Virus record (IMG/VR): IMGVR_UViG_3300032893_000006
Coordinates: 32,001 to 96,000 of that record
Origin: a virus
Direction: 5' to 3' (one strand)
Length of the DNA: 64,000 bases
In this document: piece by piece, positions 44,801-52,182 of the stretch
Position numbering within the stretch: position 1 is the first letter of the stretch
Layout of the letters: each line of letters starts with the position of its first letter
Notes under the pieces: generated by a model
What the model was told of the DNA's origin: nothing
The model's database searches: none
What the model saw: only the letters and a program-made list of their open reading frames with translations
Program-made: the position numbers and the translations under genes

Positions 44801-45403
44801 AGTGCAGGTCAAGTGCCAACTGCAACCAGTGGTACGGCGGCAACGTGGCAGACTCCGAGCAGCGGAACAGGAAACTTTGTCAATATAGGAGCATCTGTCG
44901 CGTGGTCCGGATGCACGTATTCTGGTGGAGTCTGTACAACTTCCGGATCGTCTACTAGCTCAATCACTATATCCAGCATTCCATCGACTTACCTAAGTTT
45001 AGTTATTAGAGTAGTTGGAGGCATAGCGACGTCTGGCTCTAATGCTGATGTCGGAATGCAATTTAATGGTGATACAGGAAACCACTACGACCGCGCCTAT
45101 AATTATTACGGAAACACTAATGCTCAAGGTGATCCAACAAACTCAGCCTTTGTGCCTATTGGCACCCTTGCGGGAGGAGCAGGAACTAAAGGCGGCACTA
45201 TGACCGCTACCATTGAAAATTATGCAGGAACAACAACTTACTATCGCCAATTTCATTCAGAAGGCTACACGTATTACGGCGGACCGGAAGGATTCCAAAA
45301 TTCGGGTGACTGGCAAAGCACAAGCGCTATAACTTCCATTACGCTTGTCTTAAGTTCTGGTGATTATTATGGAACAAACTTTGAGATTTATGGGACCAAC
45401 TAG
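41819..45403 (+). CDS. Secreted tailspike-like protein: signal peptide, virion-anchor-like N-domain, SGNH-like central domain
   Basis: MKRIFTALAFFCCAMTGLA/Q; TVTVYLTGTTTLAPIY...NPFVANADGSYLFYA; ICAGDS motif; 22 mature Cys. Confidence 0.7.
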   Translation: MKRIFTALAFFCCAMTGLAQNGAVQRYCDFGASQAIVSGLRSSNYQQGDIPQCTVTVYLTGTTTLAPIYTASTSTATVGSISVTAGGTYSVCPTGISLSGGGGTGAAATPSCTGTAVTSVAVTNPGSGYTSAPTISFTGGTGSGATATANMTGNLTNPFVANADGSYLFYALQNQGLDVQLSGGIFPNTYPTPNTLVDVFPNQSFSPVSGVTQLSATGPIEVNGGSGPVTGSVLISCPSCGSGSTTNALTMNNSGSGASSGSTFNGSSAITLSYNTLGAAPTASPIFTGIVDASGATQFKLPVAAGYTSAANGEIGYDSTNKNFHAWVNGADTLLIPLASGFTSGHCGQPTSSGGSWTIVDAGAACGTGSGGVTSLNSLTGGINLTSTSSTITITPGSSTIDLETSGGGGGGLPSNALFICAGDSMCDDDNHVLSPAIAIASFTVSGSTVTVNTSAAHGLTSGNWVSMRAATGWPQNVSPMGLGTGLTIFQATVTSSTQFTLNVGSRSVSPCSSSCGNAYSAMPYVEFAKSANPLFPSGALTNTATCMDTGYRLQTLASDFSGLISACVGSTTGKVPYVTLTNANDDVALCETAAQIEGYYQTIFSAIHAINGFASAMTATGANWATNTLGCSTHVWDIQEQVDLWLRQQSKQEVQATSPGSTAYWDALEDIGPDLTDANNTALIATNTGFGPEGAARAAQIGSQSLLVGNGTSEPRNTLWFRAINSNAAAGINSLSYVPRNGTTNYLYQWFNSSSSLVASLTDSGIFSPTYLNVGSNGLSGCPGGRPFCIGTGFNIDSSNVLYVVHGINADSGGSSSKYWATDGSVQSVPSGGFPITIGSTSIASGSTTTTIAGLTLSSPAFTGTADASGSTQFKLPVAAGYTSAANGEIGYDSTNKNFHAWVNGADTLLIPLASGFTSGHCGQPTSSGGSWTIVDAGGACGTSGGGAAWSALTSGTNTSMSAVMGSGSSLGYTGTGAINASAVDGVTVTGTPSAGQVPTATSGTAATWQTPSSGTGNFVNIGASVAWSGCTYSGGVCTTSGSSTSSITISSIPSTYLSLVIRVVGGIATSGSNADVGMQFNGDTGNHYDRAYNYYGNTNAQGDPTNSAFVPIGTLAGGAGTKGGTMTATIENYAGTTTYYRQFHSEGYTYYGGPEGFQNSGDWQSTSAITSITLVLSSGDYYGTNFEIYGTN
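42692..44645 (+). repeat. In-frame direct repeat inside the 1194-aa gene; 148 bp identical (42705-42852 and 44433-44580)
   Basis: Offset 1728 nt (576 codons); flanks more diverged. Confidence 0.95.
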
Positions 45404-45410
45404 GAAACTC

Positions 45411-45782
45411 ATGCGCTACATTCTCGTCGTCCATGTGTTGATGCTTGTCTCTATTGCAAAAGCGCAAGTAGCTCCGATTGCCTACGAGGATAGCCTTACG
45501 TGGCAGGCTCCAGTTGCCTCGACCGATCCTGTGGTCGGCTACAACGTGTACCGCGCACTTGGAACCAGCGGAACATACGCAGTTTTGAATACTCAACCTG
45601 TGACTGCGACAGCGTATATCGACGGCACCGTCGCTTTGGCAACGAGTTATTCTTATCAGGTAAAGAGCGTAGATGCCCAAGGCAATCAGAGTGTTCCGTC
45701 AAACACGATAACCATCAATCCCGTAAGGAGATTACGATGCGCCGAGTTTCAATTCCGCTTCTTGTTTTCCTGCTTTCGATGA
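45411..45782 (+). CDS. Secreted single fibronectin type III domain protein
   Basis: Signal peptide ending AKA/Q; LTWQAP..VGYNVYR..YSYQVKSVD..SVPSN. Confidence 0.8.
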   Translation: MRYILVVHVLMLVSIAKAQVAPIAYEDSLTWQAPVASTDPVVGYNVYRALGTSGTYAVLNTQPVTATAYIDGTVALATSYSYQVKSVDAQGNQSVPSNTITINPVRRLRCAEFQFRFLFSCFR

Positions 45783-46267
45783 TGCTGACCTCCGGATGCA
45801 GGAGCCAAGTCTCTCCAGCGCCACAACCATCGAATACAGTGACGATTGCTCCTGCCTCGTGCCCATCTGGGCAAACGTGCAGCTATTCGTATTTAGTGAG
45901 TCGTGCGATCTGTAGCTCGGCGACAAGCTGCCCGACACCTGCGACTGGAGTCTACACACCGCTGAATGCAACTGCGCTGGCAACCTCGACCTATACTGAC
46001 ACGACGCCTCCATCAGGACAATATGTTGCATATGTAACTCAGGCGACGCTTGATGGAACTCATTTTGGAAATCCCTCTCCCGCCTCAGCGGCTATTCTCA
46101 CAGCGCTTTATCCGGGGACCCCCGGCACGCCGACTGTGACGGCTTTAGCGGCCTTAGCGCCTCCAGTAAAAATAGGTGTGCCAGTGCAATTGACTACTCT
46201 TGTTCCTGTTCCAGATCGCCCTATGGCTAAGTCGATGGTCCTAGCTTTGAGGGTAGAAAGTAAGTGA
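45737..46267 (+). CDS. Lipoprotein with an FN3-like domain
   Basis: MRR + hydrophobic core + lipobox TSG/C; YLVSR..YTPLNAT..TYTDT resembles the preceding FN3. Confidence 0.7.
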   Translation: MRRVSIPLLVFLLSMMLTSGCRSQVSPAPQPSNTVTIAPASCPSGQTCSYSYLVSRAICSSATSCPTPATGVYTPLNATALATSTYTDTTPPSGQYVAYVTQATLDGTHFGNPSPASAAILTALYPGTPGTPTVTALAALAPPVKIGVPVQLTTLVPVPDRPMAKSMVLALRVESK

Positions 46268-46488
46268 CATTTGCGGAGAGATATGGCGCTCAGATTCTTG
46301 CAAATTTGGACGCGATTAGGAGTGAGTTGAAACGGGTAGAAACTATCCGGTTTTTTTACGAAAGACGAAAAGTTCCAGTGTTTGTAGAAGTAGGCAATGG
46401 GTGGTACCGAAGAGTCTACCCGCAAAAGAGAGATCGGCAGAGGAAGAACAACTTAGCAGCCTACCAAGTGCTGCAAAAAAATAAGTGA
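46264..46488 (+). CDS. Hypothetical basic protein
   Basis: GTGA coupling on both sides. Confidence 0.45.
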   Translation: MTFAERYGAQILANLDAIRSELKRVETIRFFYERRKVPVFVEVGNGWYRRVYPQKRDRQRKNNLAAYQVLQKNK

Positions 46489-46739
46489 TTTGGGAGCCTA
46501 TCGTGGATATCGACACAGCTTGGGAAGAAATAACCAAATTGCGGCGCATTGTGGTTGACGGAAATGGACAGAAACCTTTAACCACCCGCATGACAGAAGT
46601 GGAGGGGAAGATGGAAGAAATCACCGCTCTTCGAACCGACGTGAAAAAGCTCATGGGAATCGTGCTAGGGGCACTCCTCGCCATGCTCGGCACAGTTGGC
46701 GCGGACTTTTTCATTCGTATTTTGCATTCAACCAAATAA
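46485..46739 (+). CDS. Holin/antiholin-like protein (coiled coil plus one C-terminal TM)
   Basis: TM LMGIVLGALLAMLGTVG; adjacent to the endolysin. Confidence 0.5.
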   Translation: MIWEPIVDIDTAWEEITKLRRIVVDGNGQKPLTTRMTEVEGKMEEITALRTDVKKLMGIVLGALLAMLGTVGADFFIRILHSTK

Positions 46740-46743
46740 AGAC

Positions 46744-47193
46744 ATGGCAAGCTCATTGGATATTGCAATTCCGGCTCTATGCGCATGGCGCGAAAATCGC
46801 GGCGGAGGTGCGTTGGGGATGCAGTCTGTTCTCAATGTTCTACAAAACAGAGCTAATCGCGATAGGACAACCATGTACGCCGAAGCAGTGAAGAAACTTC
46901 AATTTTCTTCGCTTACAGCAAAGGGTGATCCGGAATTGACGCTATGGCCAGTTGAAGGTGATCCGCAATATGTCGAAGCTGAGCAGATGATGCAAGAGGC
47001 TCTAGCGGGACAGCTTGCTGATATCACACACGGAGCCACGATCTACTACGCTCCAACAGGTATTGGCCCTAGCAGCCAGACATTCGCGGTTCCCGGAGGA
47101 GCGACTGTCCCATTTCCTGAAAATTGGCAACAATCAAAGGTGCAATTCACGACGGGTATTGAGAATCAGCTTTTTTTCAAGGAGATCGCATGA
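46744..47193 (+). CDS. Endolysin, SleB/Hydrolase_2-type cell wall hydrolase
   Basis: AWRENRG..GMQSVLNVLQNR..QFS..GATIYY motif order. Confidence 0.8.
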   Translation: MASSLDIAIPALCAWRENRGGGALGMQSVLNVLQNRANRDRTTMYAEAVKKLQFSSLTAKGDPELTLWPVEGDPQYVEAEQMMQEALAGQLADITHGATIYYAPTGIGPSSQTFAVPGGATVPFPENWQQSKVQFTTGIENQLFFKEIA

Positions 47194-47471
47194 GCAACTT
47201 TATTCAAGTTCTCGCACAACTCATTGCTAATCTACTGCAACGTGCATTCGGCACAAAGCCGAACACGCTGCTTACAGTCACCGGCGTCGTCGCTGCTCTT
47301 GCTGCGCTGCTTGCTGCTCTTCCACCAAGCATCGTTCCGGTCAAATATCAACCGTGGTTAACAGGAGCAGCAATGTTCTTTTCGCTGCTTGCTGGTGCTT
47401 TGGGATATGGCCAAAAGGCGAATGCGAGCGATCCAACACCTCCACCGAAGTCGCCCAAGGAAACCAAGTAA
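47190..47471 (+). CDS. Putative holin (2 TM)
   Basis: Two hydrophobic helices and a charged tail, coupled to the endolysin. Confidence 0.6.
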   Translation: MSNFIQVLAQLIANLLQRAFGTKPNTLLTVTGVVAALAALLAALPPSIVPVKYQPWLTGAAMFFSLLAGALGYGQKANASDPTPPPKSPKETK

Positions 47472-47503
47472 CACAGGTAAAAAACTCTCTAGGAGAAGAC
47501 ACA

Positions 47504-48052
47504 ATGAAAAGGCGTCAATTTATCACCAGCATTGCGAAAGCAACTGCCGCTGCAATTATGATCGGTTCAACCACAGTTATGGTCGAGGGCTGCACCTTCG
47601 ACGTTAAAACCGCTCTCAACACCTTACTCGATTCGCTCAACGCGATCCTCAAGGTTGCCGAGCCCAACGCGACATGGACAAGTCCACTCTCGAACGCAAT
47701 AGCGGCCCTTGAACAAGCCGAGAGCGCATGGCAATCCGGAAGTCCAGCGCAGGTGATCGTCAGTGCGCTGAACACCATCGAGGCTGTGATCGCCGTGATT
47801 CCAGTAACCGCATCCTATGCCCCACTCGTCGACATCATTATTGCTGGAATCGAGGCCGTAATGTCAGCACTAGGACTGACATTTTCGCTGTCTGGAGAAG
47901 ATTCACGAAAGCGCGCAACCGTCGTAAACAGCCCTCACTTCAAAGCTACGACAATCAAGACGTCGGCACTCCACCCGACGTGGACTGGAGCCTACAAGCA
48001 TCAGTGGAATAGCGAGTGCAATACGCTGAAGATGCCACAGGCAAAAATCTAA
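47504..48052 (+). CDS. Tat-signal lipoprotein (spanin-like position)
   Basis: MKRRQFI twin-Arg motif, lipobox VEG/C, amphipathic helices. Confidence 0.6.
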   Translation: MKRRQFITSIAKATAAAIMIGSTTVMVEGCTFDVKTALNTLLDSLNAILKVAEPNATWTSPLSNAIAALEQAESAWQSGSPAQVIVSALNTIEAVIAVIPVTASYAPLVDIIIAGIEAVMSALGLTFSLSGEDSRKRATVVNSPHFKATTIKTSALHPTWTGAYKHQWNSECNTLKMPQAKI

Positions 48053-48065
48053 CCGTCAACCAAGC

Positions 48066-48136
48066 TTGCGGCGGGACACCGGAATTCCGCATACCTCCAA
48101 TCCGGTGCAACCTGACATCCCGCCGCAACCTTTTTT
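48066..48136 (+). promoter_or_regulatory. Large hairpin with U-tract upstream of the protease gene
   Basis: 11-bp outer stem (48066-76/48118-28), 7-bp inner stem (48077-83/48101-07), ACCTCC in the loop. Confidence 0.6.
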
Positions 48137-48147
48137 AGGAGCAGATC

Positions 48148-49014
48148 ATGGCATACCTCCCCCTCTCTCCTGCCGGACGCCGGTACGGTCGGTTTCGCGA
48201 CAACCCCTACCATCCCGCGCGGACCTTACTCGCGATGAACCCAACAACAGACGTCATTCTTCCAGCCAAGGCTGCAACATCTCAGTGGACCGGGCCAATT
48301 CGCGATCAAGGCCAAGAAGGCTCCTGCACTGGTCAGATGGGAGGCGCGCTACGTGATGCGCTCTACCGTAAGCTATTTCAGTACGAAAAAGATCGCAGTA
48401 TTTCCGCCGATCAATTCAAGGTATCGGCCTCTTTCATCTACAAGTGCAATCTCATCGCTGACGGCGATCTTGGCACAGATGCTGGTAGCAGCATTCATCA
48501 GACCGTCATGACGCTCAACCAGAAAGGAGCGTGCCTCGAATCCGAGGAGCCGTACAGCGACAGCGACTATTCGACCGAGCCTACACAGACGCAGTACGAA
48601 CAAGCGCTCACTTACAAATCTGGGGCCTACCATTACATTCCTGATCTCCAGACCATGAAGTCTTGTATCGCATCAGGTTATCCGTTCGGTTTCGGAATCT
48701 CTGTCTATTCGTCGTTCGAGGGGACATGGTCTGAGCCGGGAATGATGCCGGTGCCTGATCCAAACACAGAGCAACTCCTCGGAGGTCATGCTCAACCAGT
48801 CTTTGACTACGACGACACCCTTGAGTTTCCGGACGGAAACGTTGGCGGATTCTTGATCCAGAACTCGTGGGGCAGCGACTGGGGAATTTCTGCACCGGGA
48901 CGAAATGATGGCGGTTTCTATTGGATGCCATACGCCTTCGTTGAAGGTAGCGATCCAAAGAATGGTCCGTTCGTGAACGATGCGTGGGTTATTCACCTTG
49001 GTCCAGCTTGGTAA
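48148..49014 (+). CDS. Papain-like (C1A) cysteine peptidase
   Basis: IRDQGQEGSCTG (oxyanion Gln, catalytic Cys), GGHA (His), QNSWG (Asn). Confidence 0.92.
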   Translation: MAYLPLSPAGRRYGRFRDNPYHPARTLLAMNPTTDVILPAKAATSQWTGPIRDQGQEGSCTGQMGGALRDALYRKLFQYEKDRSISADQFKVSASFIYKCNLIADGDLGTDAGSSIHQTVMTLNQKGACLESEEPYSDSDYSTEPTQTQYEQALTYKSGAYHYIPDLQTMKSCIASGYPFGFGISVYSSFEGTWSEPGMMPVPDPNTEQLLGGHAQPVFDYDDTLEFPDGNVGGFLIQNSWGSDWGISAPGRNDGGFYWMPYAFVEGSDPKNGPFVNDAWVIHLGPAW

Positions 49015-49029
49015 AACTCAAAGGAGGAT

Positions 49030-49251
49030 ATGGTGCCAATAGAGAAAAGCACAGGATCGGAAGCAGAGAAAAAACGAAATTTTCACGATCTTCGACACGG
49101 AAAGACCTTTCGAAAAACCGAGAAAAAATATGGGAGGGCGAAAGCTCGAAGTCAAATGATCGCGATTGCATTGGAAGCGCAGCGCGCAGGGAAGAAGAAG
49201 TCGAAGAAGCACAAAAAAGCGCAGCACAAGAAAAGGGTCTCGAAGCGCTGA
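49030..49251 (+). CDS. Small Lys-rich basic protein
   Basis: AAGGAGG RBS; MIAIALEA helix and poly-Lys tail. Confidence 0.75.
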   Translation: MVPIEKSTGSEAEKKRNFHDLRHGKTFRKTEKKYGRAKARSQMIAIALEAQRAGKKKSKKHKKAQHKKRVSKR

Positions 49252-49257
49252 TTTATC

Positions 49258-49355
49258 GTGACAATCGACCCGTTTTGCGGTATAAATTTTGAGAGAACGT
49301 GCTCCCCGGGCAGGGACAAAGCGGCGACTCAAGCTTAAGGCTTGAGCCGCTTTTT
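49258..49355 (+). promoter_or_regulatory. Late promoter with conserved leader and terminator-like hairpin (copy 2)
   Basis: GTGACA, 17 nt, TATAAA; leader shared with 32726-32800. Confidence 0.8.
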
Positions 49356-49377
49356 GTTTGGCCCAAGGAGTCATGAG

Positions 49378-49650
49378 ATGGCAAAGCTGAGCTATAAACG
49401 TCGGCAAGAACTGCCAGCTTCTGAGTTCGCGATTCCCTCCGAGCGAAAATATCCGCTTGATACGAAGAACCGGGCGCGCGATGCGCTATCACGTGCTTCA
49501 CAAAACGCATCTCCTTCACAAAAAGCGCAGATCAAGAAAAAAGTCCATCAGAAGTACCCGAGCATTAAGGTGAGCGGGCTTCATGGAGCCGAGAAAAAAG
49601 CCACTCGGCGCAAGCACTCGGTTCGAAAAATTTCACTTCGAAAGGATTAA
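49378..49650 (+). CDS. Small basic protein (LPASEFAIPSERKYPL..ARDALSR; DUF6582-like)
   Basis: Motif recalled from phage head-region proteins; AAGGAG RBS. Confidence 0.7.
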   Translation: MAKLSYKRRQELPASEFAIPSERKYPLDTKNRARDALSRASQNASPSQKAQIKKKVHQKYPSIKVSGLHGAEKKATRRKHSVRKISLRKD

Positions 49651-49652
49651 CC

Positions 49653-49817
49653 ATGAAGGGCAAAGCGAAAAACCTCTCTGTTTTGAAAGCACCAAAAAAC
49701 CCGAAAAAGATTCGGACCTCGCGCAATCACATCGGCGGATGGCCGAAGTTGACATCTCCCCGCGTCAAGAAGACGGTCGGTAAAAGTGGCCGCAAGCGCG
49801 TTTCTCGTAAGGCGTAA
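49653..49817 (+). CDS. 54-aa Lys/Arg-rich micropeptide
   Basis: Hand-translated MKGKAKNLSVLKAPKNPKKIRT...RVSRKA; AAAGGA RBS. Confidence 0.65.
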   Translation: MKGKAKNLSVLKAPKNPKKIRTSRNHIGGWPKLTSPRVKKTVGKSGRKRVSRKA

Positions 49818-49859
49818 CCTTCAGCAGGCGCAAACAAGCTCAGGCGTGAGAGGTATCCC

Positions 49860-50036
49860 ATGAACGAGATCGACTCAGGCAACCTTCCTAATGTGCGTCG
49901 CGCTCCTAAAAAGTCGCGGCGCACCATTACGTCCGGCATGGATAAATCCACGTCTGGGTGCACGACCGGCAGCAAGTATAAAGCGAAGAGTATCCTCAAG
50001 GAACTGTCCGCAACGAAGCGTCCACCGTACAAATAA
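49860..50036 (+). CDS. 58-aa basic micropeptide
   Basis: Hand-translated MNEIDSGNLPNVRRAPKKSRR...; GAGGT RBS. Confidence 0.55.
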   Translation: MNEIDSGNLPNVRRAPKKSRRTITSGMDKSTSGCTTGSKYKAKSILKELSATKRPPYK

Positions 50037-50048
50037 TCAGAGGTATCA

Positions 50049-50309
50049 ATGGCATCAGAATACGGAGCGGCGCAGCCCATTGTCGATCTTGCCAAGTCGG
50101 CAAGCAACAGCTTTTACGACTGGGGAAATCTCGGTCCGGTGAAACGCGCGATCAAATCGGCGAGCGATGCCATCCAGAGCGCGGTAACGCCGAAGTCGAC
50201 CAAAAAGCCAATCGCGGTTTCATGGGCTTATTACGGAAAACCGCAACCTCGCCCGGGAGATGACAAGCCCACAACGCGGAAAGCGATTCCAAAGGTGTCG
50301 AGGCGATAG
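50049..50309 (+). CDS. Small protein with a basic C-terminus
   Basis: GAGGT RBS. Confidence 0.65.
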   Translation: MASEYGAAQPIVDLAKSASNSFYDWGNLGPVKRAIKSASDAIQSAVTPKSTKKPIAVSWAYYGKPQPRPGDDKPTTRKAIPKVSRR

Positions 50310-50340
50310 ATGAAAGCGAGAAGAAAGCGAGCAAAATTCG

Positions 50341-51840
50341 ATGCCTTCGAATTACCAATGGATACAGCTAACGACAGCGATCTCGCAGCTTGCGCAACGT
50401 CTCAGCGATCCAAGTAACGCTTTTTGGACACAAGCAGAACTTGTTATCTACATTCAGCAAGCCCTGCGTCTATTTAACACCCTAACCTTCACTTGGAAAA
50501 CAGACTTCACCTACAACTCGTCGACTATCTGGAACTCGCTTGGCTCATTGAACGGTTCCCCTCGTCTTCGTACGCAAACCGACGTTAATTGCTATACGCA
50601 GATTGAGTACATGCTGCTGGAACCGCCTACAGGCGGAACGTGGACCGGCACCAATCAGTTTTCCATTGCCAATCTGTCGCAGGCGCTGCAGACTCGGCGC
50701 GACGAGATGATTCAAGTTGGCAATCTCAATTCCGTTTTGCTGCCGAATATTCCTGTGACGCCTAATGTGCGTCGCACCTATCTTCCAGATTCCACAATTG
50801 ACGTGGCGCGAGTTCGCTATCTTGCGTTGCAAACCTCCACGACCGGATCGGCTTCTTCTGGGGCGACAAGCATTACTGTTGGATCGACACGGGGAATCAC
50901 TCAAGGGCAAATTGTGAGCGGCAATGGAATTGCTTACGGCTCGGCAGTAGTTGCTGTCGAACCCAACTCCATCACAATTGCTCCAGCGTCAATTGGGGTT
51001 GTAACAGGAACGTTAAACTTCTACAGCGCGTCGATTATTTTTCGCGACGACACAGTAGCTTCGGAATTCTATGAGGCACCTCTCTATCAGCAGCCTTCAG
51101 GAACTCCGCAAATATTTTCGCTATCTTCCGAACCACCTCTTTCATGGAATGTTGACATTGCACCGAACACGGTCGGAAGTTACGAAGCAATTGTTTCTCA
51201 GACTGGCACAGCATTTTCGCCCCCGTCTGCAACACTGCTCAATATTCCCGATGATTTCACTTGGGCGTTAATCTTTGGAGCTATGGCTGACCTGCTTGGT
51301 CGCGAAGCTGAGGCATCTGATCCGCAGCGGGCTGAGTATTGCTTAAAGCGCTACATGGACGGCCTGATGCTACTTCAAAAAATTCCATGGATTATGCTCG
51401 GGCGCGTTAATGGAAAAGCAGTCAATTGCGATTCAATCTTCGCTTTGGATCACTTCGACAGCAACTGGGACTCAAACCCAACTAATTTTGGCCCGGTAAT
51501 TGTGACAGGTGGCGTCGACTTCGTTGCGGCTCCATCTGGATCGGGAATTGGGCTGACGGTTCTCGGTAACGCGCCGATTCCGGTTTCCGGAAGTGATTAT
51601 GTGCAGGTGAGCAGAAGTGACTATGACATCATCCTCGATCTAGCTCAAAGCTTTGCGTGTTTTAAGATGGGCGGCGCTGACTGGCAGCAATCGCTTGAAC
51701 TTGAGGCGCGAGCCATTCAAGCCTGTTCTGCTGAAAATACTCGCCTCCGTAGCTTCGGTGCCTTCAGCGACATTCTAGTGCAGAGAGGGCAGCAAGAGCA
51801 GAGAGATCAGAATCCATACAACGCGAACAAGGCAAAGTAG
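50341..51840 (+). CDS. Head-tail adaptor/tail structural protein
   Basis: LTTAISQLAQRLSDP..FWTQAELVIYIQQA adaptor-type N-terminus; ALIFGAMADL C-terminal helix. Confidence 0.6.
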   Translation: MPSNYQWIQLTTAISQLAQRLSDPSNAFWTQAELVIYIQQALRLFNTLTFTWKTDFTYNSSTIWNSLGSLNGSPRLRTQTDVNCYTQIEYMLLEPPTGGTWTGTNQFSIANLSQALQTRRDEMIQVGNLNSVLLPNIPVTPNVRRTYLPDSTIDVARVRYLALQTSTTGSASSGATSITVGSTRGITQGQIVSGNGIAYGSAVVAVEPNSITIAPASIGVVTGTLNFYSASIIFRDDTVASEFYEAPLYQQPSGTPQIFSLSSEPPLSWNVDIAPNTVGSYEAIVSQTGTAFSPPSATLLNIPDDFTWALIFGAMADLLGREAEASDPQRAEYCLKRYMDGLMLLQKIPWIMLGRVNGKAVNCDSIFALDHFDSNWDSNPTNFGPVIVTGGVDFVAAPSGSGIGLTVLGNAPIPVSGSDYVQVSRSDYDIILDLAQSFACFKMGGADWQQSLELEARAIQACSAENTRLRSFGAFSDILVQRGQQEQRDQNPYNANKAK

Positions 51841-51849
51841 GGGTGAGCT

Positions 51850-52173
51850 TTGAAAACGACAGCCAAAAAGACAAAAAGCGGAGATCAAATCTATTTTGAA
51901 GACCAAGCTGAAAAAGAGGAGCTTGAAGCTCTCGGATTCGATTTTACCGAGTGGAACAACCTTTCTGAAGATGATTGTATCTATGTTTTTCTAAAACAGG
52001 AGAGCCTTGGGTGTCATGCTACCACACAGGAAGAACTGGAAACTTACTCCTCTCGAATGCTTCAGGCGCTACACAGCAAGGGTATTCAGGTGAAGGTTAT
52101 CGATAAGTTTAGAGACGTCGGAGACGGATTTTGGACCCGCTTTATATTCTCGACTAACAGAACGATTCAGTAA
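51850..52173 (+). CDS. Acidic hypothetical protein inserted between tail genes
   Basis: TTG start; charged, non-structural composition. Confidence 0.55.
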   Translation: MKTTAKKTKSGDQIYFEDQAEKEELEALGFDFTEWNNLSEDDCIYVFLKQESLGCHATTQEELETYSSRMLQALHSKGIQVKVIDKFRDVGDGFWTRFIFSTNRTIQ

Positions 52174-52182
52174 CGAGGAGCA

